From: Aureliella sp.
GTDB lineage: Bacteria > Planctomycetota > Planctomycetia > Pirellulales > Pirellulaceae
Assembly (NCBI GenBank): GCA_963691875.1
Contig: OY829846.1
Location: forward strand, 2,272,001-2,336,000
Reading direction: 5' to 3'
DNA: 64,000 bases
Positions 29,848 through 39,718 of the stretch are shown here, in pieces. Under the pieces are notes generated by a model that saw only the letters and a program-made list of their open reading frames with translations, made no database searches and was not told the DNA's origin. Numbering within the stretch: position 1 is the stretch's first letter; each line of letters starts with the position of its first letter. Both the position numbers and the translations under genes were made by a program.

Positions 29848-31326
29848 CTAGGATTTTCTTCCCAATTTCATCAGTTGCAAGAGCGCACGAAATCGCTCTT
29901 TCATACCGCTCGAGTGGAAGAAGTTCATGACTTCGGAGAGCAAATCAATGTTCTGGCTATCGTTCCTATTCAGATGAGGCAGCCATTTCCCGTGTCTCGA
30001 ACAAAGAACTTTGGGCCGCGTCATCTCACGAAGCCCCTCTGGCCCGCGCGTTACACCCCAGCCACTTCGACCGCGTCCACCAAAGGAAACGCGTGGGTCT
30101 CCCGTCGGCACGACCATGTCGTTGATGACAACACACCCCGCATCTATCTGTTCCGCCAAGAGCTCGGCGTGATTGTGAGGCGCAAATACGGCGGCTCCGA
30201 GAGAATAGGGGCAGTGCTTGTCGGCCTCAATAGCTTCACTCATGTCCGCAATCGTAAGGATCGAGGTCACAGGTGCAAACAAGTCGCTCTTCGCGACTTC
30301 CATTTGCGGAGTCACATTGCTTAGGACTAAGGGGAAATTCGTTGTAGTAGCCAGCTCGCCATGTAGCAAGTTGGCACCGCCTTCGATGGCGGACAAAGCA
30401 GCGGCCCTCGTCGTCTCAACTACGGAGGCCGGAAGCTGCAGTTCCGATTTTGAGCGAGATCCATTGGGATCTTCAGCGAGATACTCGAGCAACTTTTCTT
30501 CGAAGAGACTTTGATTTTCCAATGTGACAAAAACTCGGCGAGGTGCAATGCAGGTGGCCCCTCCGTTCAATTGCAACGCGAATGCAGTGCATCGTGCTGC
30601 CCTTTGCACATCAGCTTTGTCAGCAATAAAGACCGCGTCGCAGCCGCTCAGCTCCATCGTGGTGGGCGTCAATGAGTCGCTAAGTTCGCTAAGAACACTC
30701 TGCCCCGTCTTAGCCGACCCTGTGAGCACGACTTTATCAACTCCCAGCCTCATCGCCGCCTGCCCATACTCGACGCCGCTCGGCAGAATCTGCAGCAGGT
30801 CGCCTGGAATCTCCGCGTCAACCAAACATTGCTTGAGTATTTGAAGGACTTTCTCGCCTTGTGGAGCTGGCTTAATCACCACAGCATTGCCAGCAGCCAA
30901 GGCTTGAAGCGCCTGAACACCAGGAAGAAACAGGGGGTAGTTGGATGGGCCAAGTACTAAGATTGTTCCCCAGGGCTCTCGCGCAGTTCGAACCCGGATT
31001 TGGCCCATCCAGAGAGCAGCATGTCGCCAGCTGTGAGAACTAGGTGCAAGCAGCTGCCGGCCGCGTCGCGCGAGAAACTTGCAAGCGTCCGCAAGTGGAA
31101 AGACTTCGGACGTTAGGATCTCTGCAGGCGTTGCATTCGGACGATGCACCGCCTGGATCAAGTCATGCTTGGCTTTGGATAGATGCTGCGGTACACCGGC
31201 GAGAAGATTGAGGCGTTTCCTGACGAGCCGGCCAGCCCACTCCGCTTGAGCCGTCTTGGCTTGCTTCAACGCCTGCTCTACTTCCTGGGCCGGCCCGTGC
31301 TCAAAATCTGCTGTCGTCAATGCCAA
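29848..31326 (-). CDS. Aldehyde dehydrogenase family protein (possibly diapocarotenoid aldehyde oxidase)
   Basis: PSNYP, AGNAVVIKP, LTGS, MELSG (catalytic Glu), NGGATC (catalytic Cys) and SFGGRGRSG motifs. Confidence 0.92.
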   Translation of the reverse strand: MALTTADFEHGPAQEVEQALKQAKTAQAEWAGRLVRKRLNLLAGVPQHLSKAKHDLIQAVHRPNATPAEILTSEVFPLADACKFLARRGRQLLAPSSHSWRHAALWMGQIRVRTAREPWGTILVLGPSNYPLFLPGVQALQALAAGNAVVIKPAPQGEKVLQILKQCLVDAEIPGDLLQILPSGVEYGQAAMRLGVDKVVLTGSAKTGQSVLSELSDSLTPTTMELSGCDAVFIADKADVQRAARCTAFALQLNGGATCIAPRRVFVTLENQSLFEEKLLEYLAEDPNGSRSKSELQLPASVVETTRAAALSAIEGGANLLHGELATTTNFPLVLSNVTPQMEVAKSDLFAPVTSILTIADMSEAIEADKHCPYSLGAAVFAPHNHAELLAEQIDAGCVVINDMVVPTGDPRVSFGGRGRSGWGVTRGPEGLREMTRPKVLCSRHGKWLPHLNRNDSQNIDLLSEVMNFFHSSGMKERFRALLQLMKLGRKS

Positions 31327-31344
31327 CTAGAAATCCCGTTTGAG

Positions 31345-31722
31345 CTAATTCACGACATCATTGTCAAGATCGTCGCCGGTGTTTTGGTTCGGGAACATGT
31401 CGCTGTCATCAGGGACGATTTCGTAGTCATCGTCTAGTTCCTCTTCAAAGTCATCATCAAAGTCGTCGTCGAAATCATCGTCATCAAAATCTTCAAACGG
31501 GTCATCCTCTTCCTCAACCGGAAGCTGCTCGTCGTCGCCAACTTCGTCATCGTCTTGATCGTCATCAGAGCTGTCCGAATCGGCATCGCCTTCGTCGTCA
31601 TCTCCCTCTGCAACCAATGTTTGTGCAAAGTTTGACGCGGCAACATCCGAATCCCCAGACAGAGTGAAGGCGTGGCTGGGAAGCAGTTGAATTAGGGCGT
31701 CGACAACAATCAACAGCGGCAT
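31345..31722 (-). CDS. Highly acidic low-complexity protein
   Basis: 125 aa, about 40% Asp/Glu by hand count, no Lys or Arg, FDDD repeats; ends 18 nt before the ALDH start. Confidence 0.7.
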   Translation of the reverse strand: MPLLIVVDALIQLLPSHAFTLSGDSDVAASNFAQTLVAEGDDDEGDADSDSSDDDQDDDEVGDDEQLPVEEEDDPFEDFDDDDFDDDFDDDFEEELDDDYEIVPDDSDMFPNQNTGDDLDNDVVN

Positions 31723-32265
31723 CGTGTTTCCTAGTTTCGATGGTGGAACGAGAGAATGGAGACTGCGAACACCCGCCCAGCCCGCCCCTCTTTTTAGGGG
31801 ATTGCGCCAGTAGTGACCACCGGGTCAGTTTAGCTAAGCAAACTGGGCAAACAATTCTCAACGCAAAAGTATCTCTGAGTAATCTTGGGCGACAAGGAGG
31901 AAGGCGAGAAATCTCATCAGAATGCTCGCAACTCACGCAATTTCAGTACTTTACGTTTAATTCCAGCAATACTTGAGACTTCAACCGACACTGGCGTCTT
32001 TTCCGCCCAAGCGCCTAACTCGCTTTCGAAGGCCGCCAAACAACTCAGGCTCCCTACCGGTTTTGGTGAAAGCCACCTCGCGGTAGCTGCTCGCTCTGCC
32101 GCCAAGTTCATTTCTAGACAGCGCACGATATGAGTGCTTTTCCTCCTCGCGAGTTCCTACTTCTTGCTCCATAGAGAACCGCGAGGAATTCGTCTGCGAG
32201 ACTCCCAAGTCTGCACACAATCGTCTCTATTCTCAGGACTAGAGCCTCAAACCCAAGGAAACTTT

Positions 32266-33573
32266 ATGAACCAAGCAGTAGAAAACACCTCGAACAGCCT
32301 TTGGAGTCGCTGGTCCAAGATCCCTCTCTACTGGCGCATTCTTGTTTTTATGCTCATCGGAGTCGGCCTTGGCGTTGCGATGGGCGAGCATGCGTTGATC
32401 TTCAAACCCGTCAGTGAAGTCATCCTGCAGCTACTCGCTGCCCTTGCACCTCCACTGATTCTGATGGCAGTGGTGCATGTTTTGATGACTTCAGATATTC
32501 CGCGCAGTGCCATTTTCAGGCTCGGTGGATTGTTAATACTGAACACTCTTGTCGCGATCTGTATCGGCCTGGGCGTCGCAAACCTTCTCAGGCCAGGAGT
32601 ATCAGAGGACACCCAAAAAGCTGCGGAGCAGCAAGCGTCAGAAGAAGTTGTTAAGAGAACAGAAGAGTTCGACGCTGCGAACGAATTGGCCGCCAATCCA
32701 TTGGGAGAACTCCTCGGAAAACTCCCCAAGAGTTTGCTTGGGCCGTTGGGCGACAGTCAAAATGTCATCGGAGTCATAGTTATTGCCGTGGCATTCGGGA
32801 TAGCACTTCGGAAAATAAAAGATGAACCGATCGGGACTATTCAAGAGCTTATCGAGATCGCTTACAAGACGCTATTGATTGTACTGCACTGGATCATCGA
32901 GCTCGTTCCGCTCGGAGTGCTTTGTGTGGTTGCGTCAGTGGTGGGCGAGAAAGGCTTCGAGCCCTTTATCGGACTCGCATGGTTCGTTCTCGCTGTCTTG
33001 CTCGGCCTCTTCCTGCAAACCTGTTGGTACCTATTGCGAATCCAGTTCTTCTCTTGGGCCTCTCCTTGGAAAGTGCTCATTGGAATGAGGGACGCATTGG
33101 TGATGGCTTTCAGCACGGGCAGTTCCACCGCATCCATGCCTGTCACCTACGCTTGCTTGAAAGACAAAGTAGGGGTGAGAGAAAAGTCCGCCAGTTTGGG
33201 TTCCTTGGTCGGTGCCAACTTCAACAATGACGGTACTGCACTCTATGAAGCGATGGCAGCATTGTTCGTCGCACAATTGTATGGCATCGACCTCGGCTTC
33301 CCAGAACAACTCACCATCGTTTTCACGTCGATCATCGCAAGTGTCGGTGCAGCTGGAATTCCGGAAGCCGGTGTCGTGACTATGATGCTCGTATTCAATG
33401 CAGTCGGTCTGCCGCTGGAAGCTATTAGCATGTTGCTTGCCGTCGACTGGTTTCTAGACCGCTGCCGAACAACGATCAACGTCATTGGCGATGTCAATGT
33501 GAGTTGTATGCTGGACGGTCGTACTCCTCAGTCCGAGGAGGACAAGAAAGCCGCCGTAGCTGTAGCTGGCTAA
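32266..33573 (+). CDS. Dicarboxylate/amino acid:cation symporter (DAACS/GltP family)
   Basis: AFSTGSSTASMP, NNDGTALYE, GAAGIP and DWFLDRCRT motifs; start moved to ATG 32266 (AAGGA RBS). Confidence 0.95.
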   Translation: MNQAVENTSNSLWSRWSKIPLYWRILVFMLIGVGLGVAMGEHALIFKPVSEVILQLLAALAPPLILMAVVHVLMTSDIPRSAIFRLGGLLILNTLVAICIGLGVANLLRPGVSEDTQKAAEQQASEEVVKRTEEFDAANELAANPLGELLGKLPKSLLGPLGDSQNVIGVIVIAVAFGIALRKIKDEPIGTIQELIEIAYKTLLIVLHWIIELVPLGVLCVVASVVGEKGFEPFIGLAWFVLAVLLGLFLQTCWYLLRIQFFSWASPWKVLIGMRDALVMAFSTGSSTASMPVTYACLKDKVGVREKSASLGSLVGANFNNDGTALYEAMAALFVAQLYGIDLGFPEQLTIVFTSIIASVGAAGIPEAGVVTMMLVFNAVGLPLEAISMLLAVDWFLDRCRTTINVIGDVNVSCMLDGRTPQSEEDKKAAVAVAG

Positions 33574-33704
33574 GCTTTCTATGGTGAAACGCAAACCATT
33601 GCTAAGCAATAAACGAAACGGTTCGCTGTGACCAGCGAACCGTTCTTTCATTTTGTGGCTCTCTTCACAAGAGATTTTGAAACGCGTCCTCTTTGTCCAG
33701 AATC

Positions 33705-33713
33705 TGCTAGAAT
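33705..33713 (+). promoter_or_regulatory. Possible extended -10 promoter (TGcTAGAAT) upstream of the ADP-ribosylglycohydrolase operon
   Basis: Matches TGn-TAnAAT about 70 nt upstream of ATG 33781; motif match only. Confidence 0.3.
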
Positions 33714-33780
33714 CCGGAGCCCAAGCACCGAGGGACCTACGTGATGCCTAGTCGTGATCCTGGCAGCTTTGAGAACAACG

Positions 33781-35031
33781 ATGCACCGAAGAAAATTCCA
33801 AACAGTGGCCGTACTAGCCGCCTCTGGCCTAGCCACATCCGGTCGAGGATTCGCATCTTTCGCTGGCGACAACGCGTTTCTGAGACAACCGGTGAAGGGT
33901 CTTCTTGTCGGAGGTTTGATTGGCGATGCGTTGGGTGGCCCCATCGAGTTTCGCGAGCCTGACGGCGAACTAACTGGCTTATGCGATGCCAGAAAATGGC
34001 CAGACAAGCAGAAGATCAGCCCTTTACTTCTATCTGATCTCGGTCATGAAATTCCACTGACGAGCTACGCTGCTCTGCGTCCTGACACTGCGGCATACGG
34101 TCCTTGGCGAGTGCGAGCAAAGGCTGGCACACTCACCGACGATTCACGACATAAGATTGTCTTACTGCGAGCGATAGCGGCAGCCTGCAACGCCAAAGTT
34201 GCTCTCGATGAGAACATCCTGGCGCAGGCTTTTCTCGACTTCGCACCGGAACCGCAGGCAGACACGCCTAACTTAGATGCGCTCGTTGAGGAAGGCCTCC
34301 GCGAGTACCGCTATGCAGCCCGTTGGATTCTTGGCGAAAGAGACCCCAATTTGGCTCGCCCGCTAGCGCGCCTGTGGTCAGGTGTTAACAATTGTTCCGG
34401 ACAAATGTTACTGCCACCGCTGGCAGCGGGGTTTGCAGGTGATCCAGACGCTGCCTATCGCAAAACTTTTAAGCTGGATTTCGTCGACGCCGGACAAGCG
34501 AAGGATTTTACCAGTGCTTTGGTTGCTGGTTTATCATCCGTCCTAACGCCCAAAGCACGCGGCTTGAGTACCGACGAGCGCTGGCAGCTCATTCTCAAGA
34601 CAATGCGTGACACGGATCCTTTTGGATATCGCGACGTACCGTTTGCTGGTCGACGACTTGAAAAGTGGCTCGATAAGGCACTGGAGCTCGCCGGTCGAGC
34701 CAACAAAAGCCCGAAAAAGCTATACGAGCTGCTCGAGTCCGAAGGCAAGCCAGTATTCTGGTGGGACGCTCATTTCACCTTGCTTGTGCCGCTCGCGATG
34801 CTTCACTTCTGCGACTATAACAGCTTGGCGGCAATGCACCTGACACTTGATTTTGGGCACGATACGGATTCGTACGCGCAAGTGCTCGGTTGCCTTGCAG
34901 GCGCCGTCGAAGGGTCAAATATTTTCCCAGCAAATATGCAAGAGGCAGTCCAATCGACCTTGGCCGAAGACTACGGCGAATCGCTCGACGCTTGGCTTGA
35001 TCTACTTCAAAAAAGAGAATGGAAGACTTGA
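33781..35031 (+). CDS. ADP-ribosylglycohydrolase family protein with Tat-like signal
   Basis: MHRRKF twin-arginine leader; IGDALGGP, TDDS and DTDS metal-binding motifs. Confidence 0.9.
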   Translation: MHRRKFQTVAVLAASGLATSGRGFASFAGDNAFLRQPVKGLLVGGLIGDALGGPIEFREPDGELTGLCDARKWPDKQKISPLLLSDLGHEIPLTSYAALRPDTAAYGPWRVRAKAGTLTDDSRHKIVLLRAIAAACNAKVALDENILAQAFLDFAPEPQADTPNLDALVEEGLREYRYAARWILGERDPNLARPLARLWSGVNNCSGQMLLPPLAAGFAGDPDAAYRKTFKLDFVDAGQAKDFTSALVAGLSSVLTPKARGLSTDERWQLILKTMRDTDPFGYRDVPFAGRRLEKWLDKALELAGRANKSPKKLYELLESEGKPVFWWDAHFTLLVPLAMLHFCDYNSLAAMHLTLDFGHDTDSYAQVLGCLAGAVEGSNIFPANMQEAVQSTLAEDYGESLDAWLDLLQKREWKT

Positions 35032-36053
35032 TGGAGCCGATTTGGATTGATAGCACTTCGACCGAAACAGTTCGAGAAGTGCTGGCATTATGCGGCATTC
35101 TCCAGGAAGACGAGCAGATTAGCGAGTTATCCTCTGCTGGCGAAGGCAATATGAACATTGCTTTGCGAGCAAATATCAGCGGCGCTTCGGGCTCTCGCTC
35201 GATCATCGTGAAGCAGGCGCGGCCCTATGTGGCGAAGTACCGGCAGATTCCAGCCCCCATTGAGCGGGTCGCATTCGAGTCTGCGTTTTACGATTTCGTC
35301 GAAGATGACGAAGTTCTTGCGAAAAGAATGCCTCAACGCTTGACTTCAAATTCCGACCATTTTCTCTTAGCGCTAGAGGACCTAGGGCCGGCCGCAGATG
35401 CGACAAGTTGGTACCAAGCGACACCGAGCAATATTGTGGGACAGGTCACAGAATTGCTAGACTGGCTGTTCGTCTTGCACCAAACTTCGCGAGGGAAAGT
35501 CGATGAGCATCGATTCGGGAATCACGAACTGAGAGCACTGAATCACGCTCACATATTCGACCTTCCTTTTCGGGATCCTGCTGCAACGGACCTCGGGCAA
35601 TTTTGTGTCGGACTTAGCGAAGCCAGCCTTGAAGTCAGGTCGGACCAAGCACTTCGCGGCGCCGCCCTGAAGCTTGGCGAATGTTACCTTGGCAGCGGTC
35701 ATTGCTTACTGCACGGCGACTACTATCCAGGAAGCTGGTTGGTAAGCGGAGCAATGCCGATGGTGATTGACCCTGAGTTCTGTTTTGCAGGTCCGTGTGA
35801 GTTCGATTTGGGCATTATGTTGGGGCATCTACAGTTAATTGGACACCTCGAAGCCAGTCAGACTTTTGAACAACAGATCGAAATGCATAACACTTCAGCC
35901 AACATAGTAGACCTTGACCTGATGCATCGATTCGCGGCGGTAGAAGTGCTGCGGCGTCTACTTGGTGTAGCCCAGCTGCCACTGGGTGAGATGAGCCTCG
36001 ACCGACGCATGGAACTGATCACCAACGCAAGCGACACACTAAAAGATCATTGA
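35019..36053 (+). CDS. Methylthioribose kinase-like phosphotransferase (APH/MtnK fold)
   Basis: GEGNMN, VKQARPY, LLHGDYYPGS and IDPEFCFAGP..FDLG motifs; overlaps the upstream stop. Confidence 0.88.
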   Translation: MEDLMEPIWIDSTSTETVREVLALCGILQEDEQISELSSAGEGNMNIALRANISGASGSRSIIVKQARPYVAKYRQIPAPIERVAFESAFYDFVEDDEVLAKRMPQRLTSNSDHFLLALEDLGPAADATSWYQATPSNIVGQVTELLDWLFVLHQTSRGKVDEHRFGNHELRALNHAHIFDLPFRDPAATDLGQFCVGLSEASLEVRSDQALRGAALKLGECYLGSGHCLLHGDYYPGSWLVSGAMPMVIDPEFCFAGPCEFDLGIMLGHLQLIGHLEASQTFEQQIEMHNTSANIVDLDLMHRFAAVEVLRRLLGVAQLPLGEMSLDRRMELITNASDTLKDH

Positions 36054-36113
36054 GTCAGAATTCGCTCCGGATCAATCAATCGCGGACGCACCAAACAAGA
36101 ACGGAATCTAGCA

Positions 36114-36686
36114 ATGGACGGCCTGAATATCCAACAACAGGACTTTGTCACTTCGTTGCAGTCACGCTCACGTGGTGAAATAAAGTCGCTGTTCCGCGAC
36201 TGTGATCCGCCCGAGCTTCTGAAGCTCCGCGGCGAATTCAAAGCAATGCTACTGTCCCAGGGAAACGCATTGCTTGATGGAATCACCAGCCGAGCCTTCA
36301 AGCTGTACGGCGATTGGACAGGAAAAGCATTCTGCGGAACCAGTGAGACAACGGGATTTGGCTACAACTGCTTTGCATCGAAGAGAGGCTCTATCGCAAA
36401 GCTATTTATGGATCTCCGCATCGGCCCTTCAAATTGGACTGCAGGGGATTCCATGTACTTAGAATATGGGTATCGAAACCGCGGGCTAATTCGCTGGCTG
36501 GAAGGCGAGGTTCGTCAAGCAATGCCGGGAGTTTTGCTGGGCTTTGGTTCCTTTGGAGTCAAGGTTGGAAAACGCGACAAACTTCGCCGCCGGATTCCTT
36601 TTCTGCTCTACGGCCCGACAGCCGACTTCCTGTTTGCCAGCGAGCCCATTCGAGGTAATCCGACCCCTACTTCTGCTGCGGCATAG
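36114..36686 (+). CDS. Hypothetical protein (WxGKxF ... E-V-R ... LLG beta-barrel-like family)
   Basis: 190-aa ATG ORF co-oriented with the kinase; WTGKAF and GEVRQAMPGVLLG segments. Confidence 0.7.
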   Translation: MDGLNIQQQDFVTSLQSRSRGEIKSLFRDCDPPELLKLRGEFKAMLLSQGNALLDGITSRAFKLYGDWTGKAFCGTSETTGFGYNCFASKRGSIAKLFMDLRIGPSNWTAGDSMYLEYGYRNRGLIRWLEGEVRQAMPGVLLGFGSFGVKVGKRDKLRRRIPFLLYGPTADFLFASEPIRGNPTPTSAAA

Positions 36687-36753
36687 GTTTCTGCCACGGG
36701 GCAAGCTGTAGTCCCGTCGATTGCTCGGAGCTAGTGCATACGAGCATCTGCCT

Positions 36754-38136
36754 TTAGTCCAATCGCAATTGCTCGATGCGTCGGAGCAGGCGAGGGCGGC
36801 TAATGTCGAGCCAACGAGCGGCCTGAGCCCTGTTGCGAGGCGAGAGTTTCAAGGCGCGGCGAAGAATGATCTTTTCCAGTTCAAGAAGAACTTCGTCGAG
36901 CGAAACGGGCTCCACCATCTGACTTGAGTCGCCCGCGGCACTGGATACAAAACTACGAACCTCGACGGGTAAATGGCTCGTCTGTATCGATTTGGTTAGC
37001 ACCGAAAGCTGCACCGCAGTCTTTATCGTTTCAGAGAGCTGATTCAAATTGCGAGGCCAGCTAAAGGCCTCCAACAAGTCCATTGCCTCGGAGGAAATCG
37101 AAAGCATGGCGCGATCAGCTTTACGACAGGCTGCGGCCAGGAATTGCTGAGCCAGCACGGCGATGTCTTCTCGACGCTGTGACAACCCAGGCAACTCCAG
37201 TTCATGAACTGTCACGCGATTGAGCAACTCCTGCCAATTTGGGTTCCTTGCGACGAGGTCCGAGGCACCAATTCTGCTGATTGCGGCAACCGTGATTAGA
37301 TTTTGGTGCGAATCCAAATACTTGACCAAGACATCAATACTGGGATCGCTCGCTTCGTGCAGATTCTCAAGCACCAATTGCTGAGCCATTTTAGGTTGGT
37401 CGGCACGCAGACGCCCTTGGAACACTTCGAGCATCCCAGCAACCAATTCGGCATCCAGCACGGCAAGATCAATCGGGAAGTATTGTCCGGTCACGGGATT
37501 CAATCCACGATTTTCCAGTCGGCCGACAAAAATAGCTTGGCACAAATCTGACTTGCCGACATTTTGTGGTCCATGGATCAGCAGATTGGCTTCACTGCGA
37601 ATGGCAAGTTGGGCTCGTTCCATCGCCAGTCCAATGCTTGAGCTGCTTCCCAGAAGAGAAACCAGTCCATCCAGTTTTGGCCAGCGACTACGTATCTCGG
37701 CCAATGTTTGCTCGGCACCAGAGTCTTGAGAGTCTCTCTTGGCGACTTGTGACTGAAATTCCTCCCAATCCCCAAGAGCGACCAGCATTAATTCGACAAC
37801 GTGATCTTCGCCAAAGAGCGGCAAGAACAACTGCCCGGTAGCCGAACAACCAGCGATTGGCGCGGTCAACTTTCGCGTCGTGATGACTCCTTCGCGAGCA
37901 GCTGCGGGTGGCGCGAAGGCCGACAAAATCGGAGCGTAGGGCGTGCTATCGGTTGGGAGATCCCAGCTTGTTTGTTTGCCGACAAGCGAAGTTGCTTCGG
38001 TATCACATAGTCGGCACAACGGGGCATTTACGAAAAGAAATTGCCCTTTGTGATCCAATACAGCCATTGGCTTGTCTAGCAGGTCGAGCTGCTTGGCGAG
38101 CTGGCGGCTGTTGCCACCACGAATTTCCTTAGTCAT
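36754..38136 (-). CDS. PAS + degenerate sigma54-activator-type AAA+ + Fis HTH transcriptional regulator
   Basis: PAS-like N-terminus; HGPQNVGKS, LPGLSQRREDI, SWPRNLNQL and NRAQAARWLDISRPRLLRRI motifs; no GAFTGA. Start 38136 or 38178. Confidence 0.88.
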   Translation of the reverse strand: MTKEIRGGNSRQLAKQLDLLDKPMAVLDHKGQFLFVNAPLCRLCDTEATSLVGKQTSWDLPTDSTPYAPILSAFAPPAAAREGVITTRKLTAPIAGCSATGQLFLPLFGEDHVVELMLVALGDWEEFQSQVAKRDSQDSGAEQTLAEIRSRWPKLDGLVSLLGSSSSIGLAMERAQLAIRSEANLLIHGPQNVGKSDLCQAIFVGRLENRGLNPVTGQYFPIDLAVLDAELVAGMLEVFQGRLRADQPKMAQQLVLENLHEASDPSIDVLVKYLDSHQNLITVAAISRIGASDLVARNPNWQELLNRVTVHELELPGLSQRREDIAVLAQQFLAAACRKADRAMLSISSEAMDLLEAFSWPRNLNQLSETIKTAVQLSVLTKSIQTSHLPVEVRSFVSSAAGDSSQMVEPVSLDEVLLELEKIILRRALKLSPRNRAQAARWLDISRPRLLRRIEQLRLD

Positions 38137-38380
38137 CGGGCAGAGTGCCAATTCGAGTGAACGGGTCAGAGCAATCACGCGCAGTTATACACCAAAATCA
38201 CTTGTGCTTATGTAGCGACTGAACCAGCAGTTCCTATCCTGCCTGACTCGGCGAAACGTCCCCGATGCCCGTTGCGGATCGCCATCGCCACCTTGTCGAA
38301 AAGCGACACCTCAGGTAGCTTTTTTCAGGTTAAAAGTAGGAATGCAAGTTAGTCCGTCCCTTTCCGAGCAAGAGAGAAAA

Positions 38381-39634
38381 ATGTCCGCAGGTACTTCCCA
38401 AGATCCATACTTCCAACAGCTATTTGCCAATCGCATTGGCGGGGCGAACTACGGAAAAGGCACAGCGATCTACAAGTTTGAGAAGATCAAGCGGGCGAAG
38501 CGAAAGGCACTCGAGGATTACCCGGATCGGGAGCTGATCGATTTCGGTATTGGCGAAAACGACAGTATGGCAGGAGCCGCGGTCCGCGAGCGAATGCAAG
38601 CCGAAATCAACAAGCCGGAGAATCGGGGGTACGCGGACAATGGCGTTGGGGATTTCAAGCAAGCTGCTGCCCGCTTCATGAAGAATCGTTTCGGAGTCGA
38701 GCTAGACGCAGACTCCGAGATCAATCACTGCATCGGGAGTAAGACTGCTCTCTCGATGCTACCGGCCTGCTTCATTAACCCGGGTGACGTGACTCTGATG
38801 ACCGTGCCTGGCTATCCCGTCGCTGGAACTCACACCAAGTACTACGGCGGCGAAGTGCATCCCTTGCCACTCTTGGCTGAAAATGACTTCTTTCCCGACT
38901 TTGATTCGATTGGTGATGAAGTCTGGCAACGTACAAAAATGTTGGTAATCAACTACCCCAATAGTCCAACCGGCAAAACTGCAACAAAGGAATTCTACGC
39001 AAAAGTTGTGGAGCTCGCCAAGAAGCATGAGTTTATCGTGGTTCAGGATGCAGCACACACGGTGTTGACCTTTGACGGAGATCCGTTGAGCTTTCTGGCT
39101 GTAGAGGGTGCAAAGGACGTCGGTGTCGAAGTGCATTCGCTCAGCAAGGGCTTTGACATGATCGGCTGGCGGATCGGTTGGGTTTGCGGAAACGCTACGC
39201 TGGTGCGCGCCTTTGCGGATGTCAAGGACAACTGTGACAGCGGTCAGTTCGCAGCGATTCAGCAGGCAGCGGTGACCGCTTTGGATGACCCTTCGATCCC
39301 AGATGGAGTTCGCGAAAAGTATCGGCGTCGGATGCAAAAGTTGGTAGCGACTCTGCAAGGCTGCGGTTTTGATTGCGAGATGCCCGGCGGCAGTTACTTT
39401 TTGTATACACCTGCACCGGTTTCCGCCCATGGTGGAGCTAGCTTTGCCAACGGTGAAGATGCCAGTCAACACTTAATTACACAGAAGTCCATCATTACCG
39501 TACCTTGGGACGAAGCTGGACCATTTCTGCGTTTCTCCGTCACCTATGAAGCTGCAGATGAAGCTGCTGAAGACGCTTTGATGGCAGAAACAGCAGCTCG
39601 ACTCAACGACCTCGGCCTCGTCTTTTCATCGTAG
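38381..39634 (+). CDS. dapL: LL-diaminopimelate aminotransferase
   Basis: FANRIGG..YGK...YKFEKIKRAK, NYPNSPTG and HSLSKGFDMIGWRIG (PLP lysine) motifs. Confidence 0.9.
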   Translation: MSAGTSQDPYFQQLFANRIGGANYGKGTAIYKFEKIKRAKRKALEDYPDRELIDFGIGENDSMAGAAVRERMQAEINKPENRGYADNGVGDFKQAAARFMKNRFGVELDADSEINHCIGSKTALSMLPACFINPGDVTLMTVPGYPVAGTHTKYYGGEVHPLPLLAENDFFPDFDSIGDEVWQRTKMLVINYPNSPTGKTATKEFYAKVVELAKKHEFIVVQDAAHTVLTFDGDPLSFLAVEGAKDVGVEVHSLSKGFDMIGWRIGWVCGNATLVRAFADVKDNCDSGQFAAIQQAAVTALDDPSIPDGVREKYRRRMQKLVATLQGCGFDCEMPGGSYFLYTPAPVSAHGGASFANGEDASQHLITQKSIITVPWDEAGPFLRFSVTYEAADEAAEDALMAETAARLNDLGLVFSS

Positions 39635-39652
39635 CAGGATTCGCCAGAATTC
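39631..39652 (+). repeat. GTAG-type REP-like palindrome, single copy overlapping the dapL stop codon
   Basis: GTAGCAGGATTCGCCAGAATTC; similar to the two arms at 58492-58558. Confidence 0.6.
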
Positions 39653-39718
39653 CTTCCTCCTCGACTTTTTCGTAATCGCGTGAACTGTCGTTTGATTTTG
39701 CATTCGACAATTCAGAGA

